Shown piece after piece: positions 9,013-18,915 of a stretch of DNA of 64,000 nucleotides (its first letter is position 1; each line of letters opens with the position of its first letter). The notes beneath the pieces were generated by a model. It ran no database searches. It saw only the letters and a program-made list of their open reading frames with translations, and had not been told where the DNA came from. The stretch is taken from NCBI GenBank assembly GCA_947625685.1, contig CANQPK010000002.1, positions 839-64,838 of the forward strand. Reading direction: 5' to 3'. Source of the DNA: an uncultured Clostridia bacterium (GTDB lineage Bacteria; Bacillota; Clostridia; TANB77; CAG-508). The translations under genes and the position numbers were made by a program.

Positions 9013-9741
9013 ATGTATGATAAAAATATTGAAAATATAAAAATGGCAAGAGCAGGCAATGAGACGGCTATGACAGAACTAATAAATGACAACAACGGAC
9101 TAATATGGAGTATAGTAAAAAGATTTCTGTCAAGAGGATATGAAGCCGAGGATTTATATCAAATAGGATGCATGGGTTTTATTAAAGCAATTAAAAGATT
9201 TGAAACAGACTATGATGTAAAACTCTCAACCTATGCAGTACCGTACATATTAGGAGAAATAAAAAAATTTATAAGAGATGATGGAATAATAAAAATCAGT
9301 AGAAGCATAAAAGAATTAAATGTAAAAATTAGTAAATTAGAAGAAGATTACTTAAGAAAAACAGGCAAAAATATAACTATAACAGAACTAGAAAAAATAC
9401 TAAAAGTAGAAAAAGAAGAAATTATTGCTGCTATGGAAGCGAGAAAACCAGTAGAATCAATATATAAAGAAGATAATAGTAGTGGCGATGACAAAGGAAT
9501 AGATTTAATAAATAGAATTCCTTCAGGAGAAAATGAAGAAAATAGCATAATTGATAAGATTACAATTAATGAGCTAATTAGAGCTTTAGAACCAAAAGAG
9601 AGACAAATAATAGTTCTTAGATTTTATAAAAATAAGACTCAAAGCGAAGTTGGAAAAATGCTTGGAATATCGCAAGTGCAAGTCTCAAGGATAGAAAAAA
9701 GTATTTTAAATAAGATGAGAATGAATTTGGAGGCTATATGA
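9013..9741 (+). CDS. sigF: Sporulation sigma factor SigF
   Basis: 242-aa sigma-70 family ORF. It contains GFIKAIKRFETDYDVKLSTYAVPYILGEIKKFIRDDGIIKISRSIKEL and a region 4 HTH (TQSEVGKMLGISQVQVSRIEK). Third gene of the spoIIA operon. Confidence 0.92.
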   Translation: MYDKNIENIKMARAGNETAMTELINDNNGLIWSIVKRFLSRGYEAEDLYQIGCMGFIKAIKRFETDYDVKLSTYAVPYILGEIKKFIRDDGIIKISRSIKELNVKISKLEEDYLRKTGKNITITELEKILKVEKEEIIAAMEARKPVESIYKEDNSSGDDKGIDLINRIPSGENEENSIIDKITINELIRALEPKERQIIVLRFYKNKTQSEVGKMLGISQVQVSRIEKSILNKMRMNLEAI

Positions 9742-10724
9742 GAAAAATAATTATATACATAGCTTTGGTAATAGGTATATGTTTTATTATACCTATATTT
9801 TTGACAGTTAAATTTAAAGTAAAAGAAGTTGCAACTGAAAATAAAATCATTTTAGATATAGAAAAATATGCTTATAGTGATTTTGGAACAATACGATTAC
9901 TACACAAAAATACTTCTGAAATAGAAGAAGTACCTTTAGACGAATATGTTACAGCAGTTGTATCAGCAGAGATACCAGTAGATTATGATATAGAGGCTAT
10001 AAAAGCACAAAGCGTTGCAACAAGAACTTATACTATATATAAAATAATACATGGCTCAAAACACGAAAATGCAGATATATGTGATGATGCATCATGTTGC
10101 CAAGCATGGATTTCAAGGGAGAATAGAATAGAAAAATGGGGAGAAAATGGAATAGATAATATGAATAAAATAATACAAGCAGTAAATGCAACTGTTGGAG
10201 AAGTTATAACATATGAAGGGCAAATAATAAATGCATTTTTTCATTCTAATAGCGGTGGAAAAACAGAGACAGTATCAAATGTATGGGGAGGAACAGATCT
10301 CCCATATCTTCAAGCTGTTGAAACAGCAGGAGAAGAAGAATATTCACAATATAGTTCTGAGGTAACATTTACAAAAGAAGAATTGTTAAATAAATTAAAG
10401 GAAAGCTATAAAGACATTCAGATAGATTTTGGAAATAATGAAAGTATTAAAATATTAGAATTAACAGACGGAAATCGTGTGAAAACTATTAGATTAGGAA
10501 ATAAAGAATTGTCAGGGGTAGAAGCAAGAAGAATATTCGGATTAAAATCTGCAAATTTTAATGTGACTATAAAAGATGAAAAAATAACATTCAAAGTGAC
10601 AGGAAATGGACACGGAGTAGGAATGAGTCAAACAGGTGCTGATGCTTTAGCAAAGCAAGGTAAAACATATAAAGAAATTCTATCACATTTTTATACAGGT
10701 ATAGATATAACAAAATTTAATTAA
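9738..10724 (+). CDS. spoIID: Stage II sporulation protein D (SpoIID lytic transglycosylase)
   Basis: 328 aa with an N-terminal TM segment. SpoIID/LytB domain motifs AIKAQSVATRTY, CDDASCCQAW, FHSNSGGKTE and GHGVGMSQTGA. The start overlaps the sigF stop (ATGA). Confidence 0.88.
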   Translation: MRKIIIYIALVIGICFIIPIFLTVKFKVKEVATENKIILDIEKYAYSDFGTIRLLHKNTSEIEEVPLDEYVTAVVSAEIPVDYDIEAIKAQSVATRTYTIYKIIHGSKHENADICDDASCCQAWISRENRIEKWGENGIDNMNKIIQAVNATVGEVITYEGQIINAFFHSNSGGKTETVSNVWGGTDLPYLQAVETAGEEEYSQYSSEVTFTKEELLNKLKESYKDIQIDFGNNESIKILELTDGNRVKTIRLGNKELSGVEARRIFGLKSANFNVTIKDEKITFKVTGNGHGVGMSQTGADALAKQGKTYKEILSHFYTGIDITKFN

Positions 10725-10728
10725 TTTT

Positions 10729-10757
10729 GTATAAATATTCAAAAACCGGAAATAATT
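10729..10757 (+). promoter_or_regulatory. Possible sigma-F-type promoter for the SpoIIQ-like gene
   Basis: GTATA (10729-10733), a 14-nt spacer, then GGAAATAATT (10748-10757). This resembles the forespore sigma-F consensus GywTA-N14/15-GgnrAnAnTw. The match was judged by eye only. Confidence 0.3.
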
Positions 10758-10806
10758 ATAATAAATATAGAGGCTAAAAACCCAAGAAAAATTATGGAGG
10801 TATGTT

Positions 10807-11706
10807 ATGAGAGAAGATAGAAAAAGAAGGGAAACAGCATATAAAGCAAACAAAAATGGATTTAATATAAAAAATGCTTTATATATAGGTGGATCGATTG
10901 TACTATTGGGATTAATCGCATTTTTTGTAACCATAATGATATATAATAATAATCTAGAAAAATTATATAGTGATTTAGATACTGAAAAATTAGGAATGAC
11001 TTTAACAGAAGGAGATAAAAATACTATTCAAACAGAAAAAACAAACGGAGAAACGGAAGAAACTAGTACAAATTTAGGAAAAACTTTGGAAGAATTAGAA
11101 AACAATAAACAAATAGTGGAAAATAAAGCGACAAATCAAATAAATACAAATGAGACAAGTGCAACTCCAAAAAATGAAACTAAGAAAGAAGAAGTGACGA
11201 AAAATGAAAATAAAGTAAGTAGTAATAAGCAAACAAATACAAACAATCAAACAAGCAAAGATAATAATAAAGATAGCAAAGAAACTGAGACAAAAGATCC
11301 AGAATTTAAATCTCCAGTTGAAGGAGAAATAATGAAAGAATATGCGAAAGATAATTTAGTTTATTCAGAAACTTTAAAAGAATGGGTAACACATACAGCT
11401 CTTGATATAAAAGCTGATAAAACCACAGTAGTAAAATCTGCAGCTGACGGAACTGTTACTGCAATAAAAAATGACCCTAGATATGGAACAACAGTTATTA
11501 TAGAACACGCAAATGGATTTGAAACAAGATATGCAAATCTTTTAACAGCAGAGTTTGTAAATGTAGGGGAAAAAGTAACTTGTGGACAAACTATTGGAAC
11601 AGTTGGAAACACAGCATCATTTGAGGTTCTTGATGATTATCATTTACATTTTGAAATTTTAAAAAATGGAGAATATCTAGACCCAAAGTTATATATAAAG
11701 ATATAG
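10807..11706 (+). CDS. Membrane-anchored M23/LytM peptidase, SpoIIQ-like
   Basis: 299 aa with an N-terminal TM segment and a low-complexity linker. The C-terminal LytM domain has intact metal ligands (HTALD ... HLHFE). Its position after spoIID matches the spoIID-spoIIQ arrangement recalled for Clostridioides. Confidence 0.65.
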   Translation: MREDRKRRETAYKANKNGFNIKNALYIGGSIVLLGLIAFFVTIMIYNNNLEKLYSDLDTEKLGMTLTEGDKNTIQTEKTNGETEETSTNLGKTLEELENNKQIVENKATNQINTNETSATPKNETKKEEVTKNENKVSSNKQTNTNNQTSKDNNKDSKETETKDPEFKSPVEGEIMKEYAKDNLVYSETLKEWVTHTALDIKADKTTVVKSAADGTVTAIKNDPRYGTTVIIEHANGFETRYANLLTAEFVNVGEKVTCGQTIGTVGNTASFEVLDDYHLHFEILKNGEYLDPKLYIKI

Positions 11707-11773
11707 AAGCAAGTATTTGACTTGCTTCTATTTTTGTATTATTATTATACTAATCTAAATTGAAGGAGATATC

Positions 11774-12355
11774 ATGGAAGAAGAAATATCAAAAAATTTA
11801 CATACACAATTTCTTGGACAAAAACTAATTATTTTTGATGAAATAGATTCGACGCAAACTTATATAAAAGAAAGAGCAAGTGAATTACAAAATGGATTAG
11901 TAGTTATAGCTAAAAATCAAACAGCTGGGAAAGGAACAAATGGAAGAGTGTGGTATAGCGAAAAGGATAAAAACTTGACTTTTTCATTTTTACTAAAACC
12001 AAATTGTAATGTTAAGAAAATAGAAAATCTAACTGTTACCATAGCTGAAGTAATAGTAGATACTATAAAAGAAATGTATGGATATGACTTAGGAATAAAA
12101 CATCCAAATGATATAATTTTAAATCATAAAAAAATGGGTGGAATACTCACAGAATCAGTTTTGTGTGAAGAAAATGTAAAACAAATTGTAATAGGAATTG
12201 GCTTAGATATTAATCAAGAAAAATTTGATGAAGATATCAAAGAAATTGCAACATCGCTAAAAAGAGAATACAAGAAAGACTTTGATAAATATGCAATATT
12301 AACGAGTTTTTTAAATAGATTTGAGGAAAAATATTTTTCAATTATTAAAGAATAG
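11774..12355 (+). CDS. Biotin--[acetyl-CoA-carboxylase] ligase (group I, no HTH domain)
   Basis: 193 aa with a GKGTNGRVWYS motif (BirA GRGRxGRxW equivalent) and the BPL_LplA_LipB core. Confidence 0.75.
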   Translation: MEEEISKNLHTQFLGQKLIIFDEIDSTQTYIKERASELQNGLVVIAKNQTAGKGTNGRVWYSEKDKNLTFSFLLKPNCNVKKIENLTVTIAEVIVDTIKEMYGYDLGIKHPNDIILNHKKMGGILTESVLCEENVKQIVIGIGLDINQEKFDEDIKEIATSLKREYKKDFDKYAILTSFLNRFEEKYFSIIKE

Positions 12356-12520
12356 TAAGTAATATTACTATTCTTATTTAATGCTTAACATTAAAATATA
12401 TTTTTCAAAAAATAGTTGTAAAATTTTCAAAAAATTGATATACTGTATATATGATTTTATATCAAGGCACCAAAGTAAAAAATATTTTACTACTACCTTG
12501 AAAAAAAGGAGGATTTTGTT

Positions 12521-12928
12521 ATGGAAAATGAAGAAAATGAGAAAGTAGAAGAAATTAATGTTACAGCTGATAGCAGTGTTGTAATATCTGAAGAAGTAGT
12601 TTCAGTAATTGCTGGAATAGCAGTATCAGAAGTTCCAGGCGTTGTAGATACAGCAGGAGGATTTGCAGGAGGAATTTCAGAAGTATTAAGTGGAAAGAAA
12701 AAATTATCAAAAGGAATAAAAGTAGAAGTAGGAGAGAAAGAAACAAAAATAGATGTAAACATTATTGTAGAATATGGTACAAGAATACCTGATGTTGCTT
12801 TTGAAATACAAAATAGAGTAAAGAAATCTGTAAAAGAAATGACAGGCCTTGATGTATTAGAAGTAAATGTACATGTTCAAGGTGTAAGAACATCACCAGC
12901 AGACACAGAAGAAAAAAGCGAAAACTAA
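12521..12928 (+). CDS. Asp23/Gls24-family alkaline shock protein
   Basis: 135 aa. VISEEVVSVIAGIAVSEVPGV ... IVEYGTRIPDVAFEIQNRVKKSVKEMTGLDVLEVNVHVQGV is a typical Asp23 sequence. Confidence 0.85.
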   Translation: MENEENEKVEEINVTADSSVVISEEVVSVIAGIAVSEVPGVVDTAGGFAGGISEVLSGKKKLSKGIKVEVGEKETKIDVNIIVEYGTRIPDVAFEIQNRVKKSVKEMTGLDVLEVNVHVQGVRTSPADTEEKSEN

Positions 12929-12948
12929 AAAAGAAATGAGTTGAGATT

Positions 12949-13509
12949 ATGAAAGTATTAGATAAGATAACACTAATTTTATTTTCTACATTAATATTAA
13001 TTATAGCAATAATTTTATCACTACTAATGTTTGGTTGGATAAATTTTAGAACGATAGAGAGTTTATTTGCAGAAGCATTAGCAAATGAAATGGCAACAAG
13101 AATTATTCTTGTATCATGTGTAGTTTGTGCAATTCTTGCAATAAGAGCAATCTTTTTTGGAGGAAGTAATGATCAAGAAGAGGGAATGACAGGAGAAGGG
13201 ATATTACTTGAGAACGAATCAGGAAAATTGTTAATAACTAGAGATACAATAGAGAATCTAGTAAATGGAGTTGCCAAAGGATTTGAAAATACTCAAAGCG
13301 TTACAACTAAGGTTATTCTTGATAAACAAAATACATTAAAAGTATTTGTATCATTAGTAGTATTACAAAATACAGTAATTAATGAACTTTCTGTTAATTT
13401 ACAAAATAGAATAAAAGAGGTAGTTAAAAATGCCACAGGATTAGAAGTAAGAGCTATAGATGTAAAGATAAAAAATGTAATAGCTCCTGAGGTAAAGAAT
13501 GAAATTTAA
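12949..13509 (+). CDS. Alkaline shock response membrane anchor protein (AmaP-like)
   Basis: 186 aa with two N-terminal TM segments, directly downstream of the Asp23 gene as in the asp23 operons of Firmicutes. Confidence 0.55.
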   Translation: MKVLDKITLILFSTLILIIAIILSLLMFGWINFRTIESLFAEALANEMATRIILVSCVVCAILAIRAIFFGGSNDQEEGMTGEGILLENESGKLLITRDTIENLVNGVAKGFENTQSVTTKVILDKQNTLKVFVSLVVLQNTVINELSVNLQNRIKEVVKNATGLEVRAIDVKIKNVIAPEVKNEI

Positions 13510-13524
13510 AGGAAGTGAATTAAA

Positions 13525-13728
13525 ATGAAAGATCTAAAAAGCTTTATACATGAATATAGAGGAGCAATAATTGGAGGATTGATCTCAATTGTAATACTTT
13601 GCACAGGTCTTTTAAAATTAGTACTTGGATTGATAATACTCAGTGTTGGTGTATTTTTAGGAAACTATGTGCAACAAAACAAATATGAAGTAAAACAAAA
13701 ATTATTAGATTTCATTAACAAAATTTAG
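13525..13728 (+). CDS. Small DUF2273-like membrane protein
   Basis: 67 aa with two TM helices. Third gene of the Asp23 cluster. Confidence 0.5.
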   Translation: MKDLKSFIHEYRGAIIGGLISIVILCTGLLKLVLGLIILSVGVFLGNYVQQNKYEVKQKLLDFINKI

Positions 13729-13744
13729 AAAAAGGACAAGTGAT

Positions 13745-14164
13745 ATGAACAGAACAAAATCAAGAGAATTAGCATTTAAATTATTATATGAAAAAGAAAT
13801 TCAAAAAGAATTAGAAGATGAAAATTTAGCAATATTTTATGAATCTAATGAAATTGAAGATGAAGATCAAAAAGAATATCTTAATGATATTCTTTTTGGT
13901 GTTTCAAAGAATGAAGAAGAATTAAATGATTTGATAAAAAAACATCTAAAAGAAAATTGGACAATTGACAGGATATCTAAAGTAAATGTGAGTTTATTAA
14001 AACTTGCATTGTATGAAATGATATATTGCAATTTACCATATAAAGTTGCAATAAATGAAGTTGTAGAACTTGCTAAAAAATATTCTGATGAACAAGCAAG
14101 CTCATTTATTAATGGAATTTTAGCAAGTATAGTAAAAGAAAAAAGTTTAGGAGAGAATTCATAA
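13745..14164 (+). CDS. nusB: Transcription antitermination factor NusB
   Basis: 139 aa. SRELAFKLLYE ... ISKVNVSLLKLALYEM ... AINEVVELAKKYSDEQASSFINGIL. Confidence 0.9.
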   Translation: MNRTKSRELAFKLLYEKEIQKELEDENLAIFYESNEIEDEDQKEYLNDILFGVSKNEEELNDLIKKHLKENWTIDRISKVNVSLLKLALYEMIYCNLPYKVAINEVVELAKKYSDEQASSFINGILASIVKEKSLGENS

Positions 14165-15351
14165 TGGAAATTACTCCAATAACAATAACGGAATTAAATA
14201 GATATATAAAAGAAAAAATAGCAGATGATGAATTTTTACAAAATGTATATGTAAAAGGTGAAATATCAAATTTTAAGAATCACTATACAGGGCATATGTA
14301 TTTTACTTTAAAAGATGAAAATTCATTGATAAAATGCATAATGTTCAAAGGCTATGCTGAAAGACTAAAATTTATGCCAAAAGATGGTATGAAAGTTATA
14401 GTTTTTGGAACTGTATCTGTTTTTGAAAGAGATGGCGTTTATCAAATATATTGTAAAGCTATGAAAGAAGATGGTATAGGGGATTTATATACAGCATATA
14501 ATCAGCTAAAAGAAAAACTTGAAAAAGAAGGACTATTTGATGCAAAATATAAAAAGAAAATACCTTTTATGCCAGAAAGAATAGGAGTTCTTACATCAAA
14601 GACAGGTTCTGTAATTAGAGATATTATAAATGTTAGTACAAGAAGAAATCCAAATGTATATATAAGACTATTACCAGTTCCAGTACAAGGTGAAGGAGCA
14701 GGAGATAAAATTGCAGATGCAATAAAGCTTATGAATGATAAAAATTTAGCAGATGTCATAATAATTGCAAGAGGAGGAGGGTCATTAGAAGATTTATGGC
14801 CATTTAATGAGGAGGTTGTTGCAAGAGCAATTTTCAATTCAAAAATACCACTCATATCTGCTGTTGGTCATGAGACCGATTTTACAATAGCAGATTTTGT
14901 TTCAGACCTAAGAGCACCGACACCATCAGCTGCAGCAGAACTTGCAGTGCCAGAAATTAGCAAGGTTGAAGAAGGAATAAGAAATTATCAAAATAGATAT
15001 AGACTTGCTTTAAAGAAAAAAATAGAGTATGTCAAACTAAGATATGAAAAATGTATGCAATCTAGAGTATATAAAGAACCATTGCAAGCAATTAATGATA
15101 GATATTTAGTAGTAGATTCATTTATTAAAAACATTAGCAATGATATGAACAAAAAGCTTATTATGGCTAAGAAGGATTTCTTAAATAGTTTATCAAGATT
15201 AGATGCTTTAAGTCCTTTAAAAACATTGTCAAGGGGATATAGTATAACTACAAAGGATAACAAGACAGTAAAGAAAGCAAAAGATCTAAAAACTGGAGAT
15301 AAGATTAATATTAGATTTAGTGATGGGGAAAAAGTTGCTACAGTAGATTAG
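14164..15351 (+). CDS. xseA: Exodeoxyribonuclease VII large subunit
   Basis: 395 aa. The N-terminal OB fold (ELNRYIKEKI...GEISNFKNHYTGHMYFTLKD) and the GVLTS.TG...RD / ARGGGS..DLW..N motifs are present. Confidence 0.93.
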   Translation: MEITPITITELNRYIKEKIADDEFLQNVYVKGEISNFKNHYTGHMYFTLKDENSLIKCIMFKGYAERLKFMPKDGMKVIVFGTVSVFERDGVYQIYCKAMKEDGIGDLYTAYNQLKEKLEKEGLFDAKYKKKIPFMPERIGVLTSKTGSVIRDIINVSTRRNPNVYIRLLPVPVQGEGAGDKIADAIKLMNDKNLADVIIIARGGGSLEDLWPFNEEVVARAIFNSKIPLISAVGHETDFTIADFVSDLRAPTPSAAAELAVPEISKVEEGIRNYQNRYRLALKKKIEYVKLRYEKCMQSRVYKEPLQAINDRYLVVDSFIKNISNDMNKKLIMAKKDFLNSLSRLDALSPLKTLSRGYSITTKDNKTVKKAKDLKTGDKINIRFSDGEKVATVD

Positions 15352-15400
15352 AAATATAAAGATAGCTTTATGGAGCAATATATTCAAGGAGAGTTTAAAT

Positions 15401-15625
15401 ATGGAAAAATTAAAATTTGAGGATGCAATTAAGAAATTAGAAGATATAGCAAAAGAATTAGAAAGTGGAGAATTAGGGCTAGATGAAAGTGTAGCAAAAT
15501 TTGAAGAAGGAATGAAACTTTCTAAAGATTGCAATAAAATGCTTAATGAAGCAGAAAAAAAGATTAATATATTGATAGATAATGGGGAAGAAATTAAAGA
15601 AGAAAACTTTATACCAGAAGAATAG
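15401..15625 (+). CDS. xseB: Exodeoxyribonuclease VII small subunit
   Basis: 74 aa. FEDAIKKLEDIAKELESGELGLDESVAKFEEGMKLSKDC. Adjacent to xseA. Confidence 0.9.
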   Translation: MEKLKFEDAIKKLEDIAKELESGELGLDESVAKFEEGMKLSKDCNKMLNEAEKKINILIDNGEEIKEENFIPEE

Positions 15626-15636
15626 AAGGGGAAAAA

Positions 15637-16077
15637 ATGAATAACTTTTTAGATATAGTAACAAATAAATATTTATATGTACCATTGTTGGTTTGGTTTT
15701 TCATACAAAGCTTTAAAGTTATATGGGATTTAGTAACAACGAAAAAATTTAATTTTAAAAGAATATTAGGAGCAGGAGGAATGCCTAGTTCACATTCAGC
15801 AGTTGTAGTTTGCCTTGCAGTAATGATAGGAAAAGAATATGGATTTGGTTCATCTATTTTTGCGTTATCTTCTGTGTTTGCAATTGTTGTAATGTATGAT
15901 GCAGCAGGAATAAGACGAGCTGCAGGAAAACAGGCAGCTTTACTAAATAAAATAGTAAATACTCCAGGTCTTTCTATTCCACAAGTACAAGAAAGACTTG
16001 TAGAGGTTCTTGGACACACACCAGTACAAGTATTTGTTGGGGCGTTAATTGGTTTGATTGTTGGATGTATAATGTAG
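15637..16077 (+). CDS. Divergent PAP2 family membrane protein (DUF212/YuiD-like)
   Basis: 146 aa. GGMPSSHSAVVVCLA ... MYDAAGIRRAAGKQA. Confidence 0.8.
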   Translation: MNNFLDIVTNKYLYVPLLVWFFIQSFKVIWDLVTTKKFNFKRILGAGGMPSSHSAVVVCLAVMIGKEYGFGSSIFALSSVFAIVVMYDAAGIRRAAGKQAALLNKIVNTPGLSIPQVQERLVEVLGHTPVQVFVGALIGLIVGCIM

Positions 16078-16090
16078 GCAATATAAAAAA

Positions 16091-16140
16091 CGGATTAACA
16101 AATTTTAAAGTATGATTTAAGATTTGTTAATCCGTTTTTT
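16091..16140 (+). terminator. Rho-independent terminator
   Basis: The 13-bp stem cggattaacaaat/atttgttaatccg is followed by tttttt. Confidence 0.85.
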
Positions 16141-16317
16141 AAAACTAAAAATCTACAAAATATGACATTTTTGTTTATAAATTCTATTGTGTTATAAGTA
16201 ATATTTTGATATAATGTACTATAGAATTAAAGGAATAATAAAGTTTGAAGAATAAGTTTCCGTAAATTATTTTCCAAACTTGTAATATAGAGAAAAAGAA
16301 AGGAATGATTTAATAAA

Positions 16318-16807
16318 ATGGAAGAAGTGAAATGTGAAAACTGTAAAAAAGATGAAGAATTAGAAAAGATCTTATTGCAATACAAACAGGATAAAGATAA
16401 CCTAATTCAGATATTAAATGAAGTACAAGAACACTATGGATACATACCAACACCAGCACAAATGCGTATTGCAGAATATTTAGGAATTACACTTGCAGAG
16501 GTATATGGGGTAATTACATTTTATTCAAGATTTACTCTAAAACCAAAGGGAAAATATAATATAGCAGTATGCTTAGGAACAGCTTGCTATGTAAAAGGTT
16601 CAGAAAAAATATTAGAAAGAGTAAAGGAAAGACTAAAAATAGATGCAGGAGAAACAACACCTGACCGGAAAATTTTCCATAGAGGAAACAAGATGTATAG
16701 GGGCTTGCGGACTAGCACCAGTATTTACAATAAACGGAGAAGTTTACGGAAAAGCAACTGTACAAAAAGTTGATCAAGTTCTTGATGAATACATGAAAAA
16801 GGAATAA
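16318..16807 (+). CDS. hydC: NuoE-like [2Fe-2S] subunit of a HydABC-type [FeFe] hydrogenase (needs +1 at CGG 16666)
   Basis: Frame 0 gives ...VCLGTACYVKGSEKILERVKERLKIDAGETTPD, then CGG. From GGA 16667 it continues GKFSIEETRCIGACGLAPVFTINGEVYGKATVQKVDQVLDEYMKKE, which completes the four-Cys thioredoxin-like cluster motif. Confidence 0.88.
16666..16669 (+). other. CGG +1 recoding site (hydC)
   Basis: Frame 0 reads GAC CGG AAA ATT TTC CAT. Skipping C16666 gives GGA AAA TTT TCC ATA GAG = TPD-G-KFSIEE. Confidence 0.75.
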
Positions 16808-16886
16808 TAAATCTCATAATATTTTGTTAAGCTTCAGACGAATTTTAATTCTAAGACTAATTTAAAAGAGAGGAATGGTAAAATAA

Positions 16887-18744
16887 ATGAAATCTTTAGA
16901 AGAGATAAAAAAAATAAGAGAAGAAAAACGCAAAGAACTCGATTTAAGAGTTAATTTAAAAGCAGATACTCATGAGAAACATATCTTAGTATGTCGCGGT
17001 ACAGGGTGTACTTCTTCAAAATCAGAAGATATTATTAATAATTTCAAAAAATTGATAAAAGAAAAAAATATACCAAATGTAAGAGTTATACAAACTGGAT
17101 GTTTTGGTTTATGTGCAAAAGGTCCAATTGTAATAATAAGACCAGAGGATACATTTTATGCAATGGTAACACCAGGTGATTGTGAGGAAATTGTAAATAC
17201 ACATTTAATAGAAGGAAAAACTGTAGATAGATTACTTTGCAAAGATATTGATGGAACACAAGTTAAGAGATTAGATGACCTTGGTTTCTATAAAAAACAA
17301 GAAAGAATAGCTTTAAAAAACTGTGGAAAAATCGATCCAGAAAATATTGATGAATACATAGCATTTGATGGATATCTAGCATTAGAAAAAGTATTATTTT
17401 CTATGTCTCAAGATGAAGTTATAGAAGAAATTACAAAATCTGGATTAAGAGGAAGAGGAGGCGCTGGTTTCCCAACAGGTAAAAAGTGGGCATTTACAAA
17501 AATGGCCGAAGGTGACCAAAAGTATGTAGTATGTAATGCCGATGAAGGAGATCCAGGTGCATTTATGGATAGAAGTATCCTAGAAGGAGATCCACACTCA
17601 GTAATAGAAGCAATGATGATTGCAGGATATGCAATAGGTGCTGACCAAGGATACATATATGTTAGAGCAGAATATCCAATAGCTGTTCAAAGATTTGGCA
17701 AGGCAATAGAACAAGCAAGAGAATATGGAATTTTAGGAAAAAATATTTGGGGAACAGATTTCTCATTTGATTTAAATATAAGACTAGGAGCAGGGGCTTT
17801 TGTCTGTGGAGAAGAGACAGCCTTACTTGAATCAATAGAAGGAAGAGCTGGAAGACCAAGACTAAAACCACCATTCCCAGCAAATGTTGGATTATGGCAA
17901 AAACCTACTCTTATTAACAATGTAGAAACTTATGCAAATATTACAAAAATAATATTAAATGGAGCAGACTGGTATGCAGGAATAGGAACAGAAAAATCAA
18001 AAGGAACTAAAGTATTTGCATTAGGAGGAAATGTAGTAAATACAGGACTTGTAGAAGTTCCAATGGGTACTACTTTAAGAGAGATTGTATATGACATAGG
18101 TGGAGGAATTCCAAACGGAAGAGATTTCAAAGCAGCTCAAACTGGTGGACCTTCTCGGAGGATGTATACCAAAAGAATACTTGGATGTTCCAATAGATTA
18201 TGAATCACTTGCTCAAATTGGTTCAATGATGGGTTCAGGTGGACTTATAGTAATGGATGATACAAAGTGTATGGTTAATCTTGCAAAATTCTATCTAGGA
18301 TTTACAGTTGATGAATCTTGCGGAAAATGTACACCTTGTAGAATTGGAACAAAGAGAATGCTTGAAATTTTACAAAAGATTACAGAAGGAGAAGGAGAGG
18401 AAGAAGACCTAGAAAAGTTAGCAGATTTGTGTGAGAATATTAAAAATGCATCAGTTTGTGGACTTGGCCAAACAGCTCCAAACCCAGTAATAAGTACAAT
18501 GAAATATTTTATTGATGAATATAAAGATCATGTTATAGATAAAAAATGTAAGACAGGAGAATGCAAGGCATTAGCAGATATTCAGATAGACCCAGAAAAA
18601 TGTAAAGGTTGTGGAATGTGCAAACGTAACTGTCCGGTAGAGGCAATATCTGGAGAAGTTAAACAGCCACATGTTATAGATAAAACAAAATGCATTAAAT
18701 GCGGTACATGTATTAGTGTTTGTCCATTCAAAGCAATAAGCTAA
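16887..18744 (+). CDS. hydB: NuoF-like NAD(P)H/FMN/FeS subunit of the hydrogenase (needs +1 at CGG 18156)
   Basis: The two ORF-track pieces 16887..18203 and 18100..18744 join at CGG 18156. The junction reads [33 protein letters not shown], the conserved NuoF motif. The C-terminus carries 2x[4Fe-4S] ferredoxin motifs. Confidence 0.9.
18156..18159 (+). other. CGG +1 recoding site (hydB)
   Basis: Frame 0 reads TCT CGG AGG ATG. Skipping C18156 gives GGA GGA TGT ATA CCA. Confidence 0.75.
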
Positions 18745-18866
18745 AATTAAAAATAATCAGCATCTTGCGTCGTTATTTCAAATCAAAAAATGCTCAATGT
18801 ACAATAGTACACCTCCGCTTTTTTGATTTGAAATGCCTAGCAATATACTAATTCTTTTTAATTTTA
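18743..18866. repeat. About 124-bp imperfect palindrome between hydB and hydA
   Basis: Perfect 16-bp arms atttcaaatcaaaaaa (18775-18790) and ttttttgatttgaaat (18819-18834). Outer arms aaaattaaaaataatcag / ctaattctttttaatttt match 16 of 18. The 28-nt loop contains tgtacaatagtaca and cacctcc. Confidence 0.7.
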
Positions 18867-18915
18867 AAAAAATAGTCAGCCAGATAATATATTTTGACTG
18901 AAAGGAGATAAGAAT

